A stretch of 37,990 nt of DNA from a virus (taxonomy: Duplodnaviria > Caudoviricetes), in IMG/VR virus record IMGVR_UViG_3300025247_000005, positions 1 through 37,990 of that record, one strand, 5' to 3'. Both the position numbers and the translations under genes were made by a program. A model generated the notes under the pieces. It was not told the origin of the DNA. It made no database searches and worked only from the letters and a program-made list of their open reading frames with translations. Numbering within the stretch: the stretch's first letter is position 1; each line of letters starts with the position of its first letter. Below, piece after piece: positions 9,000-17,940 of this stretch.

Positions 9000-9757
9000 G
9001 CCTTGCCCCTCCAGCTTTGCCAGTTGAACTGCACGACCCGGCAACACTCCCGGATCCGGTCAGAGGAACGCTCACCAAGCACCTTCTTGATGCCTTCGGC
9101 GTCCAGATTTGAAATCAGGATTACGGGTCGCATTTGCTCGTTACGCCCGTTGATGACGTTGAACAGAATTTGCTGCTCGTTTTCGGTGTTGGCCTGCACG
9201 CCCACTTCATCGATCACCAGCAGGTCCGGATCAGTCAGCTCACGCATAACCCTGCGCTCGGTTTTCTTGGAATCGGGGCGCCAGGTCTCCCGAACCATGG
9301 AAATCAGCTCGGCAGTGCGGACGTACAGCGCGGTGTGGCCGGACTCCAGAAAGCGACGCGCAACGCCACAGGCAAGGTGCGTCTTGCCGGTACCCACGGA
9401 ACCAATCAGCAGCAGGTTCTGGCCATCAGCCATCGTGCGCTTGATGTTCCCGGCGTAGGTCTGACACACCTCCAGCGCTTGTTTCTGGCCCGGCCCTTCG
9501 ACCTGATACGTCTCCAGTGACCGGTGCTGGTAGCGCGGCGGAATTGCGGCCCGGCCAAGGTCGGTGGCCATGCGGCGATCCTGGATGCACTGCGGGCAAT
9601 CCGGGGTAATCACCGGCCCGTCCATGGTCTCCTGACGCATCCACTTGCCGTGGTGCTCGCAGGTCATCATCACCGGCTGGTTGCGGATGTCGCCCGGCTC
9701 CGGCAGGTCGCCAAGGTCGAACGGCAGGATGTCGGCAGCTTTACGCGAGACGGCCAT
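8996..9757 (-). CDS. DnaC/IstB-like AAA+ helicase loader
   Basis: GSVGTGKT, LLVIDEVG, ISNL..LGER..DR; N-terminal C..H/C..C. Confidence 0.92.
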   Translation of the reverse strand: MAVSRKAADILPFDLGDLPEPGDIRNQPVMMTCEHHGKWMRQETMDGPVITPDCPQCIQDRRMATDLGRAAIPPRYQHRSLETYQVEGPGQKQALEVCQTYAGNIKRTMADGQNLLLIGSVGTGKTHLACGVARRFLESGHTALYVRTAELISMVRETWRPDSKKTERRVMRELTDPDLLVIDEVGVQANTENEQQILFNVINGRNEQMRPVILISNLDAEGIKKVLGERSSDRIRECCRVVQFNWQSWRGKA

Positions 9758-10499
9758 CAGCGGTCACCCCCTTGCTGTAATCGGTTTCAGTGAAGGATTG
9801 CGGCTGGGCTGGTTTCCCCCCTCCGCTGAACTTTTTGGCATTCCGAATCCAGGTGTTCAGCGCCGCATTCCAGTCCTTCATCGTTGAACCCTTGGCCCGG
9901 TGGTGGTCGCAGAACTGGGGAAATTCGGTAATCAGTGAGACATTGAGTTCATCGGCCAATCGCTTGTTGGTTTCGTTGGGCTCGAAATTTTCAGGGAGCT
10001 GAACTGCTCGCTTTGCTTTCCCCCCTTGGGGGGTTTGGGGGGGATCTTCTCTTCTCCCTTCTATCTTCTCTTCTCTATCTTCTCTATCGGTTCCGCATGG
10101 GTTGTTGCCGGGTTTCCCATGGGTTTTTTCTGGGTTTTCTTTGGCTTTCCCATCGGTATCTTGTTGGTTCTTTCTGGGTCTACCGCCGCGTTTCCCATTT
10201 TCCCAATTGGCAACCAGTGAAGCGTTGTGTTCTGCCCAGCCGATAACGGTCAACTCCTTGCCGTCACGCTCAATGAAGCCGCACTCAGTCAGCGCGTTAT
10301 CAAGCACCTCGGCATCACCAGGAAAGCGACAGATGGCCTTCACAGCAGCAGGCGGCAGAGAATCGAATTCTGACTTCTTGCGGTTCTGGCAATGCCCCCA
10401 CAGGCGAATCAGGTACAAGGGGGCAAGCTCGTCACCGCCAAGCAGATCCACCAGCATTCTGGTCTTCCAGTGGTCTGGCATATCCGGGTCGATAATCAC
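9741..10499 (-). CDS. Replication initiator with DnaT-like C-terminal domain
   Basis: Upstream of the loader; NGKRGGRP linker, internal iterons, F.DHH.AKG...DW.AA..TW.RN C-terminus; GTG start coupled to the HNH stop. Confidence 0.8.
   Translation of the reverse strand: MIIDPDMPDHWKTRMLVDLLGGDELAPLYLIRLWGHCQNRKKSEFDSLPPAAVKAICRFPGDAEVLDNALTECGFIERDGKELTVIGWAEHNASLVANWENGKRGGRPRKNQQDTDGKAKENPEKTHGKPGNNPCGTDREDREEKIEGRREDPPQTPQGGKAKRAVQLPENFEPNETNKRLADELNVSLITEFPQFCDHHRAKGSTMKDWNAALNTWIRNAKKFSGGGKPAQPQSFTETDYSKGVTADGRLA
10087..10185. repeat. Replication origin: nine degenerate 11-bp iterons
   Basis: TGGGTT-like units at 10087, 10098, 10109, 10120, 10131, 10142, 10153, 10164 and 10175 inside the initiator gene; adjacent pyrimidine tract at about 10045-10086. 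Confidence 0.75.
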
Positions 10500-10906
10500 T
10501 TCATCACCCCCCTTCGCTGCATATTGAGGGCTGACGTATGGCGTCGGTGACACGCTACACACAGAAGCCTGAGATTCTCTGGTCGGTCATCGCCACCGAG
10601 ACACACAGGGGTTATGTGGTCAACTTCCAGCATCACATGCGGATCACAAGCCCCGCATTCCTGGCAGGTCAATTTGTCACGACGCAGAATCATCTTCCGA
10701 ACTGATGGCCAGTGCCCGCCGCGCTGTTGATATTCATCAAAGCAATGACTGGAACACCAACTGCTTCGATTTTTGGGGAGATCACCATGGCACCATCTGC
10801 AGACAGATTGGCCATCACCATTCTTTGGGCGAGGCAACGCCAGAACACCTCTGACGCCATAGATACCCTGTTCTTTGGGGCTTGCATGTTGGCTGTCCAG
10901 TTTCAC
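10496..10906 (-). CDS. HNH endonuclease
   Basis: CQECG..LEVDHITP..LGG....NL..LC..CH plus an N-terminal Zn finger (CRWC...CS..C). Confidence 0.9.
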   Translation of the reverse strand: MKLDSQHASPKEQGIYGVRGVLALPRPKNGDGQSVCRWCHGDLPKNRSSWCSSHCFDEYQQRGGHWPSVRKMILRRDKLTCQECGACDPHVMLEVDHITPVCLGGDDRPENLRLLCVACHRRHTSALNMQRRGVMK

Positions 10907-11012
10907 AGCTGCACCCCCATCTGGCTTTTCGTTTCGTGTTTTGGCATGATTACCTCATCACTTCAGTGGAAAGCCCCGGTTTCGCCTACCCAGCGTCGGG
11001 GCTTTTTGCTTT

Positions 11013-11360
11013 CTATCCGGCCTTACTTGCGGCCAACTTTTCCTGCAATGCCTGAATCTGGCGCTCAATCTCAGCCGGATTAACCTTGGCCAAGAACTTC
11101 TCCACCAGATACAGAACCGGCTTGGTGTCGCCGGTCACATCCATGTATGTCTCCAGATCGTCCAGAGTGAAGCGGCGGGAATCGTCGGGGTTCTGCGCCA
11201 GCTTTCGGCTCAGGTCGGACGGGCTGTAGTCCATATCAGCCGCGATTACCTTCTGTGGCTTGCCCTGCTGGTGAACACGGGCGGCTACATACTCCCGGCA
11301 GGTGCCGTAGCACTCAGCCAGTCCGCGCTCGAAATTTAGGGCTATCTGTCCTGTTTCCAC
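11013..11360 (-). CDS. cII: CII-like regulator
   Basis: Follows cro; K.IAADM..SPS.LSRKL HTH; probable GTG start at 11360. Confidence 0.7.
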   Translation of the reverse strand: METGQIALNFERGLAECYGTCREYVAARVHQQGKPQKVIAADMDYSPSDLSRKLAQNPDDSRRFTLDDLETYMDVTGDTKPVLYLVEKFLAKVNPAEIERQIQALQEKLAASKAG

Positions 11361-11408
11361 TTTTTGATTCCCCTGCTTTCCTGTTCTTTCCCCTACAAAT
11401 CGGGGGCA

Positions 11409-11435
11409 AATAAAAAGCCACCCGGTTAGGCGGCT
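11409..11435 (-). terminator. tR1-like terminator after cro
   Basis: AGCCGCC/GGTGGCT stem plus TTTTATTT on the minus strand. Confidence 0.7.
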
Positions 11436-11641
11436 GTTTCGTCCCAAGGGAAGTCAGGGCACAGATCGCGGCGCGAGAATTCGCCTTCTGTTGCCTTCTC
11501 TGCCCGGACGGCAGCTGACGGGTTGGGCTTGAACAATTCGCGGCACCATCCAGAAACGGTTGATTGATCAACCTTCACTGCCTTTGCGGTGGCCTCCTGG
11601 GTGCCAAAATGCTTAACGAGGCGCTGATAGATGTTGTCCAT
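11426..11641 (-). CDS. cro: Cro-like repressor (YdaS family)
   Basis: HFGTQ..TAKA..V.QSTVS.W HTH, DLCPD end; divergent from cI. Confidence 0.9.
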   Translation of the reverse strand: MDNIYQRLVKHFGTQEATAKAVKVDQSTVSGWCRELFKPNPSAAVRAEKATEGEFSRRDLCPDFPWDETAA

Positions 11642-11655
11642 TTCCGTTCCTGAAT

Positions 11656-11717
11656 ATGAGATTTCTCATAGCTTATTACATGAGAACTCTCATTTGCAAC
11701 ACTATGAGGCGACTCAT
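11656..11717. promoter_or_regulatory. OR: three operators ATGAG-N4-CTCAT
   Basis: Perfect half-site palindromes at 11656-11669, 11680-11693 and 11704-11717, 24-bp period; probable PR (TTGCAA-N18-TAAGCT) on the minus strand. Confidence 0.9.
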
Positions 11718-11729
11718 ATAAAGACAGGC

Positions 11730-12398
11730 ATGAACATGCAGCAGAGAATGGCCATTGCCCGTGAGCGCGCCGGGCTTACCCAGAAAGAGCTAGCGGAAAA
11801 GGTTTACCGTCTGTCAGGTCGCAAACTGGATCAGGCCGTCATATCGAATCTAGAGCGCGGCAAAGCGGGCAGCTCAAAGCGCCTGCCTGACATCGCCCGT
11901 GCCTGTGGCGTGAGCACCGATTGGCTCACCATGGGCGAGGGGGACATGATCCAGGGATCCGGCATGGCAAATGTCGAGGAGGCCACAACCCCATACAATA
12001 CCAGAACAGCCCCCGTAATCAGCTGGGTGCAGGCTGGCGAGTGGACCGAGGCCGTAGACCTGCATGAGCCAGGCCACGGGGACGGTTACGAGCCGGTGCC
12101 GGACAATGCTGGGCTGTCCGTATTCTGGTTGCGCGTGGTGGGCGACTCCATGACTGCCCCATCTGGCGCAAGCATCCCCGAGGGGCATCTGATCCTTGTC
12201 GATCCTGATGGCGTACCAGTAAATGGAAGCTTAGTGGTGGCAAAACTGGAGGACAGCCAGGAAGTCACCTTCAAGAAGCTGGTCATCGATGCCGGGCAGA
12301 AGTACCTGAAGCCCCTCAATCCGAACTACAAAACCACTCCCATCAACGGCAACTGCCGGATTGTGGGGGTGGTGGTAGAGGCCAAGATTAAATTTTGA
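11730..12398 (+). CDS. cI: CI repressor (HTH plus S24 autopeptidase)
   Basis: N-terminal HTH, QAG cleavage site, GDSM serine and TFKKL lysine. Confidence 0.95.
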   Translation: MNMQQRMAIARERAGLTQKELAEKVYRLSGRKLDQAVISNLERGKAGSSKRLPDIARACGVSTDWLTMGEGDMIQGSGMANVEEATTPYNTRTAPVISWVQAGEWTEAVDLHEPGHGDGYEPVPDNAGLSVFWLRVVGDSMTAPSGASIPEGHLILVDPDGVPVNGSLVVAKLEDSQEVTFKKLVIDAGQKYLKPLNPNYKTTPINGNCRIVGVVVEAKIKF

Positions 12399-12441
12399 CG
12401 GCATTACACGTCAGCACTGACTAACCCATGGAGGGGGGGGT

Positions 12442-12951
12442 ATGGCGAAACCTGCCCAGCTCGGCTATCAGGATGCGCTTGATGGCATAGGAGAAGAAAA
12501 ATACTGGCCAGCGGGCCAAGAAATTCAATGGAACTGCAGATCTGTAAAGAAGCTCCCCGCAGCATACTCATTTCGCGGCGGCCTCCTTGTTGATGGGGTT
12601 CAGCCCGAAGGGCTTTTTATAGAGCTCTACTACAAATCTTCACCGATCCCCGGCGTGCCGGCCAGCATCAAGCTTGGGCTTCTGGTGCGGAATTGCATGG
12701 TTATGGCTCTACATGAAAACGGGCCTAGCAGACACCAAAACCATGTTGGAGCAGGGCTTCCCCATTATCGAGAGATAATTGACCACCCGCACTTTCACAT
12801 TCCAGTTGTGGACGCCTCCTATGGATACTGCGAACCCGTTCGGCGACTCCCTGTCGAAGAGCTATGGCATTATTTCCTTGGTAGAGCGAATATTATAGGT
12901 GCGCCCAAATTAACCCTTCCTGGTGGAGACCAAGGGGAGCTGAACTTATGA
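12442..12951 (+). CDS. His-motif accessory protein (DUF6978-like)
   Basis: Strong RBS; HQNH...HPHFH motif; family name from recollection. Confidence 0.7.
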   Translation: MAKPAQLGYQDALDGIGEEKYWPAGQEIQWNCRSVKKLPAAYSFRGGLLVDGVQPEGLFIELYYKSSPIPGVPASIKLGLLVRNCMVMALHENGPSRHQNHVGAGLPHYREIIDHPHFHIPVVDASYGYCEPVRRLPVEELWHYFLGRANIIGAPKLTLPGGDQGELNL

Positions 12952-13703
12952 ATTGCCAACAATTGAAAGAAGCCTTTGGCTTGCGCTGCACCCATGTCGG
13001 TGACGATGTCTCCTACCTTGAGACGAATCTTTCATTGCCTCACTACGGCACACTGGTGGGCGGCTACGTTCAGAGTATTGGTCGAGGTCGCATAAGAATC
13101 AGCGACAATGCAGACACCCTATTTGAAGCTATTTTCTTAGGGGTGAAGCCAACAGCCAAGCGCAGCCAAGCAGTAGAGAAACTAGCAAAACAGTTCGGTG
13201 TACAGATTTCTGATGCAGGTGAAATTACCGTGTCCTGTGCAGAAGAGGATGCTGCCTATTTCTTTTCCCGCTATGTTGAGGCTGCCTTCACGATAGGCTC
13301 CGCAACCTTGGACTGGTATCCAGAAGAGGCTACTGAATTTGAGCGCCACATTGCCAAGGTGCTTGTAGCCAGCCTCAAGGGCAGGGTTAAACGGCAATTC
13401 CAAGTCACTGGCGCAAGCGGTCATCAACTGAAGTTCCACTTTGCAATCGACCCTGGAAGACCCGGAATGTCTTTGGTGCAAACGGTTTCCGCCCAAGAGG
13501 ACGGTCCTAATTGGACTTCCGTCTACACTACGTCCGGCAAAATGATCGACGTTAAGAATGCAAATCCGGACACCCGCCGGATGGTCATCTTGGAGCCATC
13601 CCCTTCTATTGAGCTGCAGCGCGCCAGGACTGTTCTTGCCGAAACTGCTGAAGTCTTGGTTTATGAGAGCCCTGCTCAGCTTTTAAGTCGTTTCGCCGCC
13701 TGA
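12948..13703 (+). CDS. DUF1828/DUF1829-like accessory protein
   Basis: ATGA-coupled; RISDNADTL and V.GASGH..KF.FAI motifs. Confidence 0.75.
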   Translation: MNCQQLKEAFGLRCTHVGDDVSYLETNLSLPHYGTLVGGYVQSIGRGRIRISDNADTLFEAIFLGVKPTAKRSQAVEKLAKQFGVQISDAGEITVSCAEEDAAYFFSRYVEAAFTIGSATLDWYPEEATEFERHIAKVLVASLKGRVKRQFQVTGASGHQLKFHFAIDPGRPGMSLVQTVSAQEDGPNWTSVYTTSGKMIDVKNANPDTRRMVILEPSPSIELQRARTVLAETAEVLVYESPAQLLSRFAA

Positions 13704-13760
13704 GTGTACAGCAGGGAAGGCCCTGCTGGCCGTAAGACTGCCCCACCAAGCCGATGAAAT

Positions 13761-13784
13761 AGCCCGCCATGCGCGGGCTTTTTT
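13761..13784 (+). terminator. Terminator of the cI operon
   Basis: AGCCCGC/GCGGGCT stem plus T tract. Confidence 0.85.
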
Positions 13785-13822
13785 GTGCCTGCCAGAAATG
13801 AACCGGTCATATTGGGCCTACT

Positions 13823-13884
13823 TTGCGCTTTCTCATATTTTTATGAGAATACTCATTGACACCACTTATGAGATTTCTCATACT
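13823..13884 (+). promoter_or_regulatory. OL operators and PL promoter
   Basis: Operators at 13843-13856 and 13868-13881, degenerate one at 13823-13836; TTGACA(13856)-N17-CATACT(13879). Confidence 0.88.
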
Positions 13885-13918
13885 GGTTCCACGCTAAACG
13901 AACAGCCCGGAGCCAGAC

Positions 13919-14212
13919 ATGGAAGCACGCAACTTCAACAGCGATTGGGATTATCAGGACGCACTGCATGGCGCGGACATTCTCGAAAGCGCAGCCGGTG
14001 AAGAATTTCAGCGCGAAGAGGAAGAGGCGCTGCAAACCACTGGCGCTGGCCACCTGATTGAGCCTGAAGACCTGTGGAAGGCGCTGTGCTGGAAGCCGGA
14101 ATTCCGCGCCATCCGGGATCAGGTAATCAGCGAAATGATGGATGCCGAGAAATTCCGCGCCGCTGCCCGTGAGTTTCTGGAAGCCGAAGCCAAAGACCGG
14201 ATGGAGCCGTAA
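13919..14212 (+). CDS. Hypothetical acidic protein, first gene of the PL operon
   Basis: GGAG RBS just downstream of PL. Confidence 0.75.
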   Translation: MEARNFNSDWDYQDALHGADILESAAGEEFQREEEEALQTTGAGHLIEPEDLWKALCWKPEFRAIRDQVISEMMDAEKFRAAAREFLEAEAKDRMEP

Positions 14213-14215
14213 GCC

Positions 14216-14503
14216 ATGAGCATTGCCCGACTGATCGAAATTCAAACCCAGCAAGCCATGGCTGACGCCAAGGTCATCATGCACGAAAACGTGACCATGG
14301 ATACCTGCGAGAGCGTCCGCAAAGAGTGGCACGGGCGCTACCTGCAAGCAGAAGCCGAGCATGGCCCGCAAAGCCTTCAGTGCATGCTGATTAACCGGGC
14401 TGATGCGCTGATTAACGCAGCGATTGCGGCAAAGGTTGGCGGCCAGTGGCCGGCACCCAGCCCTCTGCTGATCTACCCACAAGCACCCCGGAGGGCAGCA
14501 TGA
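14216..14503 (+). CDS. Hypothetical protein
   Basis: GGAG RBS, tight operon packing. Confidence 0.7.
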   Translation: MSIARLIEIQTQQAMADAKVIMHENVTMDTCESVRKEWHGRYLQAEAEHGPQSLQCMLINRADALINAAIAAKVGGQWPAPSPLLIYPQAPRRAA

Positions 14504-14712
14504 ACCGCTACTGGAACATCATTCTCGCTGGCTTCGCCCTGCTCTCTCTCGCTGCCATCTACTGCATGGCTGGGGAAATGGATTACCAGGACGCGAAGGC
14601 CGAGGAGTCGGACTACTGCTGGCGCGTACAGAGCGGCGTGATTCGCCACTGGAACACAAACATTGATTGCCCGGCTATGCCGAGGCAAATGGCAGGAGTT
14701 GAACATGAATGA
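14500..14712 (+). CDS. Small protein with N-terminal TM helix
   Basis: ATGA-coupled; hydrophobic N-terminus then MDYQDA...YC. Confidence 0.65.
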   Translation: MNRYWNIILAGFALLSLAAIYCMAGEMDYQDAKAEESDYCWRVQSGVIRHWNTNIDCPAMPRQMAGVEHE

Positions 14713-14935
14713 GCGCTATGCATTTCCGGGTCCCAACTGGACGGTAAATCCTCGTGGCGAAACTGAGGCTGACCAGCCAGGCATGACACTGCGCGACTAC
14801 TTCGCGGCAAAGGCTATGCAAGGCCTCCTAACTGGCAGTGATGGTGGCTACGAATGGAGCGGCGCAGCAGAGGATGCATACAGGATGGCCGACGCCATGC
14901 TCGCCGAACGAGAACAAACCCAACAACAGCGCTGA
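14705..14935 (+). CDS. Conserved phage hypothetical protein
   Basis: Common phage motif AFP...GMTLRDYFAAKAMQG...AY.MADAML. Confidence 0.8.
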   Translation: MNERYAFPGPNWTVNPRGETEADQPGMTLRDYFAAKAMQGLLTGSDGGYEWSGAAEDAYRMADAMLAEREQTQQQR

Positions 14936-14948
14936 TCTGTTGTTTTAC

Positions 14949-14970
14949 GGGCCACCCGGCCCTTTTTATT
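14949..14970 (+). terminator. tL-like terminator
   Basis: GGGCC/GGCCC stem plus TTTTTATT. Confidence 0.7.
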
Positions 14971-14983
14971 CAAGGAGTGGAGC

Positions 14984-15268
14984 ATGAAGAAATACACCGT
15001 AGAGAAGACGCTTTATTTCGCTGACCGAGATAAAGGATTGCACGTGGCGAGCGATGAACCGAAGGGCACAGACCTCATGGAAAACGTCACGACTCTCTTG
15101 GGGCGAGGAATGCTGGAGCTGGTCGCCAAAGATGACGGCGGCGAGTACTTCAAGACCACTCATGCCGGGAAAGTGCGCCTTCTTGAGCTGCAGATTCAGT
15201 GGCGCCGCCAGAACGGCAAGGACACTGATTTGCACGAAGAAAAGCTGGCCGCCCTGAAGGCGGCGTAG
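14984..15268 (+). CDS. Hypothetical protein
   Basis: AAGGAG RBS. Confidence 0.7.
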   Translation: MKKYTVEKTLYFADRDKGLHVASDEPKGTDLMENVTTLLGRGMLELVAKDDGGEYFKTTHAGKVRLLELQIQWRRQNGKDTDLHEEKLAALKAA

Positions 15269-15277
15269 GAGCAGAGC

Positions 15278-16192
15278 ATGAATGCGATTGCACCCATACA
15301 GAAGTTCCAGCAGGAGATACAGGCTCAACATGAAGAGCTGAAGTCCATCCTGCCTGACCACCTTCCGGTGGAGCGATTCATCAAGACCGCGATGATTGCC
15401 ATCCAGAGCAACCCTGACCTGCTGAATGCTGACCGTCAAAGCCTTTTTACTAGCCTTCAGCGCTGCGCAGGCGATGGCCTTGTGCCGGACAACAGGGAGG
15501 CAGCACTGGTTCAGTTTAATACCAATATCGGCACTCGGGACAACCCGAACTGGGTCCAGAAAATCCAGTACATGCCAATGGTGGATGGAGTGCTCAAGCG
15601 CGCTCGCCAGTCTGGCGAAGTCTCCGTAATAACGGCCCGCGCCGTTCACCAGAACGATCAGTTTGATTACTGGGTGGACGAAGATGGGGAGCACCTGAAG
15701 CATCGCCCGAATTTTGCCGGCGACCGTGGCCCCATGATCTTGGTTTACGCCATGGCAAGGATGAAGACCGGGGGCGTAATCGTTGAGCCAATGACCATGG
15801 CAGACGTTGAGAAGGTGCGCTCCGCCAGCAAGACCGGCGCTTACGGCCCCTGGAAAGACTGGTTTGAGCGCATGGCCCTGAAGTCCGCCCTTCATCGTCT
15901 GGCCCGCCGACTGCCGAACAGCAGTGAAATCATGGAAATGCTCGGCAATGACAACTGGATGTATGACTTCAGCAACCGGAAAGAGCGGGACATTTCATCG
16001 CGTGACGCCGACCAGCCGCAATCCCTGCCGCATTACCCCGCAGAGGACTTTAAAGCCAACTTCCCGAAATGGGCGCAACTGATCCAGGCGGGCAAGAAGT
16101 CCGGACAACAGATCATCGACATGGTGGCCAGTAAGGCACCGCTGACAGAAGAACAGGCCCAGCAGGTGCTGGCCGTGGAGCAAGGGGAATAA
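15278..16192 (+). CDS. recT: RecT-family single-strand annealing recombinase
   Basis: GL.PD..EA.LV, YMPMV.G, GPW..WF..MA.KS..HRL...LP motifs. Confidence 0.92.
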   Translation: MNAIAPIQKFQQEIQAQHEELKSILPDHLPVERFIKTAMIAIQSNPDLLNADRQSLFTSLQRCAGDGLVPDNREAALVQFNTNIGTRDNPNWVQKIQYMPMVDGVLKRARQSGEVSVITARAVHQNDQFDYWVDEDGEHLKHRPNFAGDRGPMILVYAMARMKTGGVIVEPMTMADVEKVRSASKTGAYGPWKDWFERMALKSALHRLARRLPNSSEIMEMLGNDNWMYDFSNRKERDISSRDADQPQSLPHYPAEDFKANFPKWAQLIQAGKKSGQQIIDMVASKAPLTEEQAQQVLAVEQGE

Positions 16193-16194
16193 CC

Positions 16195-17787
16195 ATGCAG
16201 ATTCAAAACGTCACCCAGGGCAGCCCGGAATGGAAAGCCTTGCGCACCAATCACAACACCGCCAGCGAAGCGTCGGCGATGATGGGCAAGAGCAAGTACC
16301 AGACCCGCTCTGCCCTGCTGGAGCAGAAAGCCATCGGTATGGCCGAGGAAGTGACCCCGGCCCAGCAGGCCATCTTTGACCGCGGGCATGCTGCTGAAGC
16401 TGCTGCGCGGCCTATCGCTGAAGAAATCATTGGTGAAGAGCTTTTCCCGGCCACTGCACTGGATGATGACGGCGTGCTTCTGGCCAGCTTCGACGGCGTG
16501 ACCATGCTGGGAGACGTTATCTGGGAGCACAAGCTGATCAACGACGCGCTGCGCTCCGCAACTGTGGATACCCTGGACGAGCATTACAAAATCCAGATGG
16601 ATCAGCAGTTGCTGGTGAGCGGTGCCGAAATATGCCTGTTCATGGCCAGCGACGGCACCACCGAAGACTGCAATCACTTCTGGTACACCACCACACCAGA
16701 GCGCTTGGCCGCTATCAAATCCGGCTGGGATCAGTTCAACGCCGATCTGGCCGAATACCAGCCGAAGGCGAAAGAGCAACCGGCTACCGGTGCCACCACT
16801 CAAGACCTGCCGGCAGTATCCGTTCAGGTAAGCGGCGATCTGTCCATCGTGGATAACTTTGATCGTTTTGAGGCTGAGCTCAACGCCTTCATTGAAGATC
16901 GCCTGATCCGTGACCCAAAAACCGACCAGGACTTTGCCGACCTGGACAACCAGGTGAAGCAGCTGAAGAAGGCGGAAGACGCCCTGGACGCCGCCGAAGC
17001 GCAGCTGCTGGCCCAAGTTGAAGCAGTGGAGAGCGCCAAGCGCCGCAAGGACATGCTGCACAAGCTGGCCCGCGACAACCGCCTGATGGCCGAGAAGTTG
17101 GTTAAAAGCCAGAAGCAGGCCATCAAGCTGGAAATTGCCCAGCAGGGCAAGCAGGCCGTCGAAGACCACGGCGCCAAGGTGCAGGCCACACTGGAAGGTT
17201 ACACCCTGCCCCGCGTCCCCACTGACTTTAACGAGGCCATGAAGGGCAAGCGCACCATCACCACCCTGCAGGATGCAGCGGACAACGAAGTAGCCCGCGC
17301 AAAGATTGCAATCAATGAAGCTGCCGACCTGATCCGCGCCAACGCCAAGATCATTGCCGAGGCTGGTTACGAATTCCTGTTTGCCGACCGGCAGCAGCTG
17401 GTGACAGCTGAGCCCGCGCACCTGAAGACCATTGTTTCTGCTCGTATCGCTGAGCACAAAGAGAAAGAGCGACAGAAGGAAGAGGCCCGCCGCGAGCAGA
17501 TCCGCAAGGAAGAGCAGGCTAAGGCAGAGCGTGAAGCGCAGCAGAAGGCTGATGCCGAGAAGGCCGCTCAGCAGGCCAAGGAAACGCCCAAGCCTGAACC
17601 GGCAGCAGAGCAGCCGGCACAGGTGAAAAGCGAGCCCCGCGCCGAATACAAGGCCAAGGAAGATCCGATTCGACCCAGCGACCAGGACATTCTGCGCGCC
17701 ATCGCTGCCGAGTTTCAGGTGGACGTGCACACCGCCGCCGCCTGGGTGCTGGAAATGAATCAGCAGGAATTGGAGCGGGTCGCCTGA
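16195..17787 (+). CDS. YqaJ / lambda-exo-like exonuclease with long coiled-coil C-terminus
   Basis: QGSPEW..LR...TASEA, ASFDG, WEHK, Q...Q; partner of recT. Confidence 0.9.
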   Translation: MQIQNVTQGSPEWKALRTNHNTASEASAMMGKSKYQTRSALLEQKAIGMAEEVTPAQQAIFDRGHAAEAAARPIAEEIIGEELFPATALDDDGVLLASFDGVTMLGDVIWEHKLINDALRSATVDTLDEHYKIQMDQQLLVSGAEICLFMASDGTTEDCNHFWYTTTPERLAAIKSGWDQFNADLAEYQPKAKEQPATGATTQDLPAVSVQVSGDLSIVDNFDRFEAELNAFIEDRLIRDPKTDQDFADLDNQVKQLKKAEDALDAAEAQLLAQVEAVESAKRRKDMLHKLARDNRLMAEKLVKSQKQAIKLEIAQQGKQAVEDHGAKVQATLEGYTLPRVPTDFNEAMKGKRTITTLQDAADNEVARAKIAINEAADLIRANAKIIAEAGYEFLFADRQQLVTAEPAHLKTIVSARIAEHKEKERQKEEARREQIRKEEQAKAEREAQQKADAEKAAQQAKETPKPEPAAEQPAQVKSEPRAEYKAKEDPIRPSDQDILRAIAAEFQVDVHTAAAWVLEMNQQELERVA

Positions 17788-17940
17788 TTTCCCCTGGCCG
17801 TCTCCCTGCGGCCTGACTGCTGGAAAGACAGCCGACTGGCCCACGTTACGGGCCTCTACGCATAGGGGTGCGTTCTGGCCTCCCGGCGGCGGCGATGACA
17901 TGGCCGGGTTCAATGATCGCCAAACAGAACGCACCACCTA

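Noticed and set aside
10087-10185. CRISPR-like or other repeat array
   Set aside because: Degenerate 11-bp period with no spacers, inside the initiator gene; fits origin iterons
11631-11729. N-terminal extension of CI given by the ORF track
   Set aside because: It runs across the OR operators and overlaps the cro start; the real start is probably 11730 or 11736
16033-17937. 634-aa minus-strand ORF, and similar long antisense ORFs such as 14966-15895 and 26116-26907
   Set aside because: Antisense shadows of well-supported genes in GC-rich DNA; no motifs or RBS
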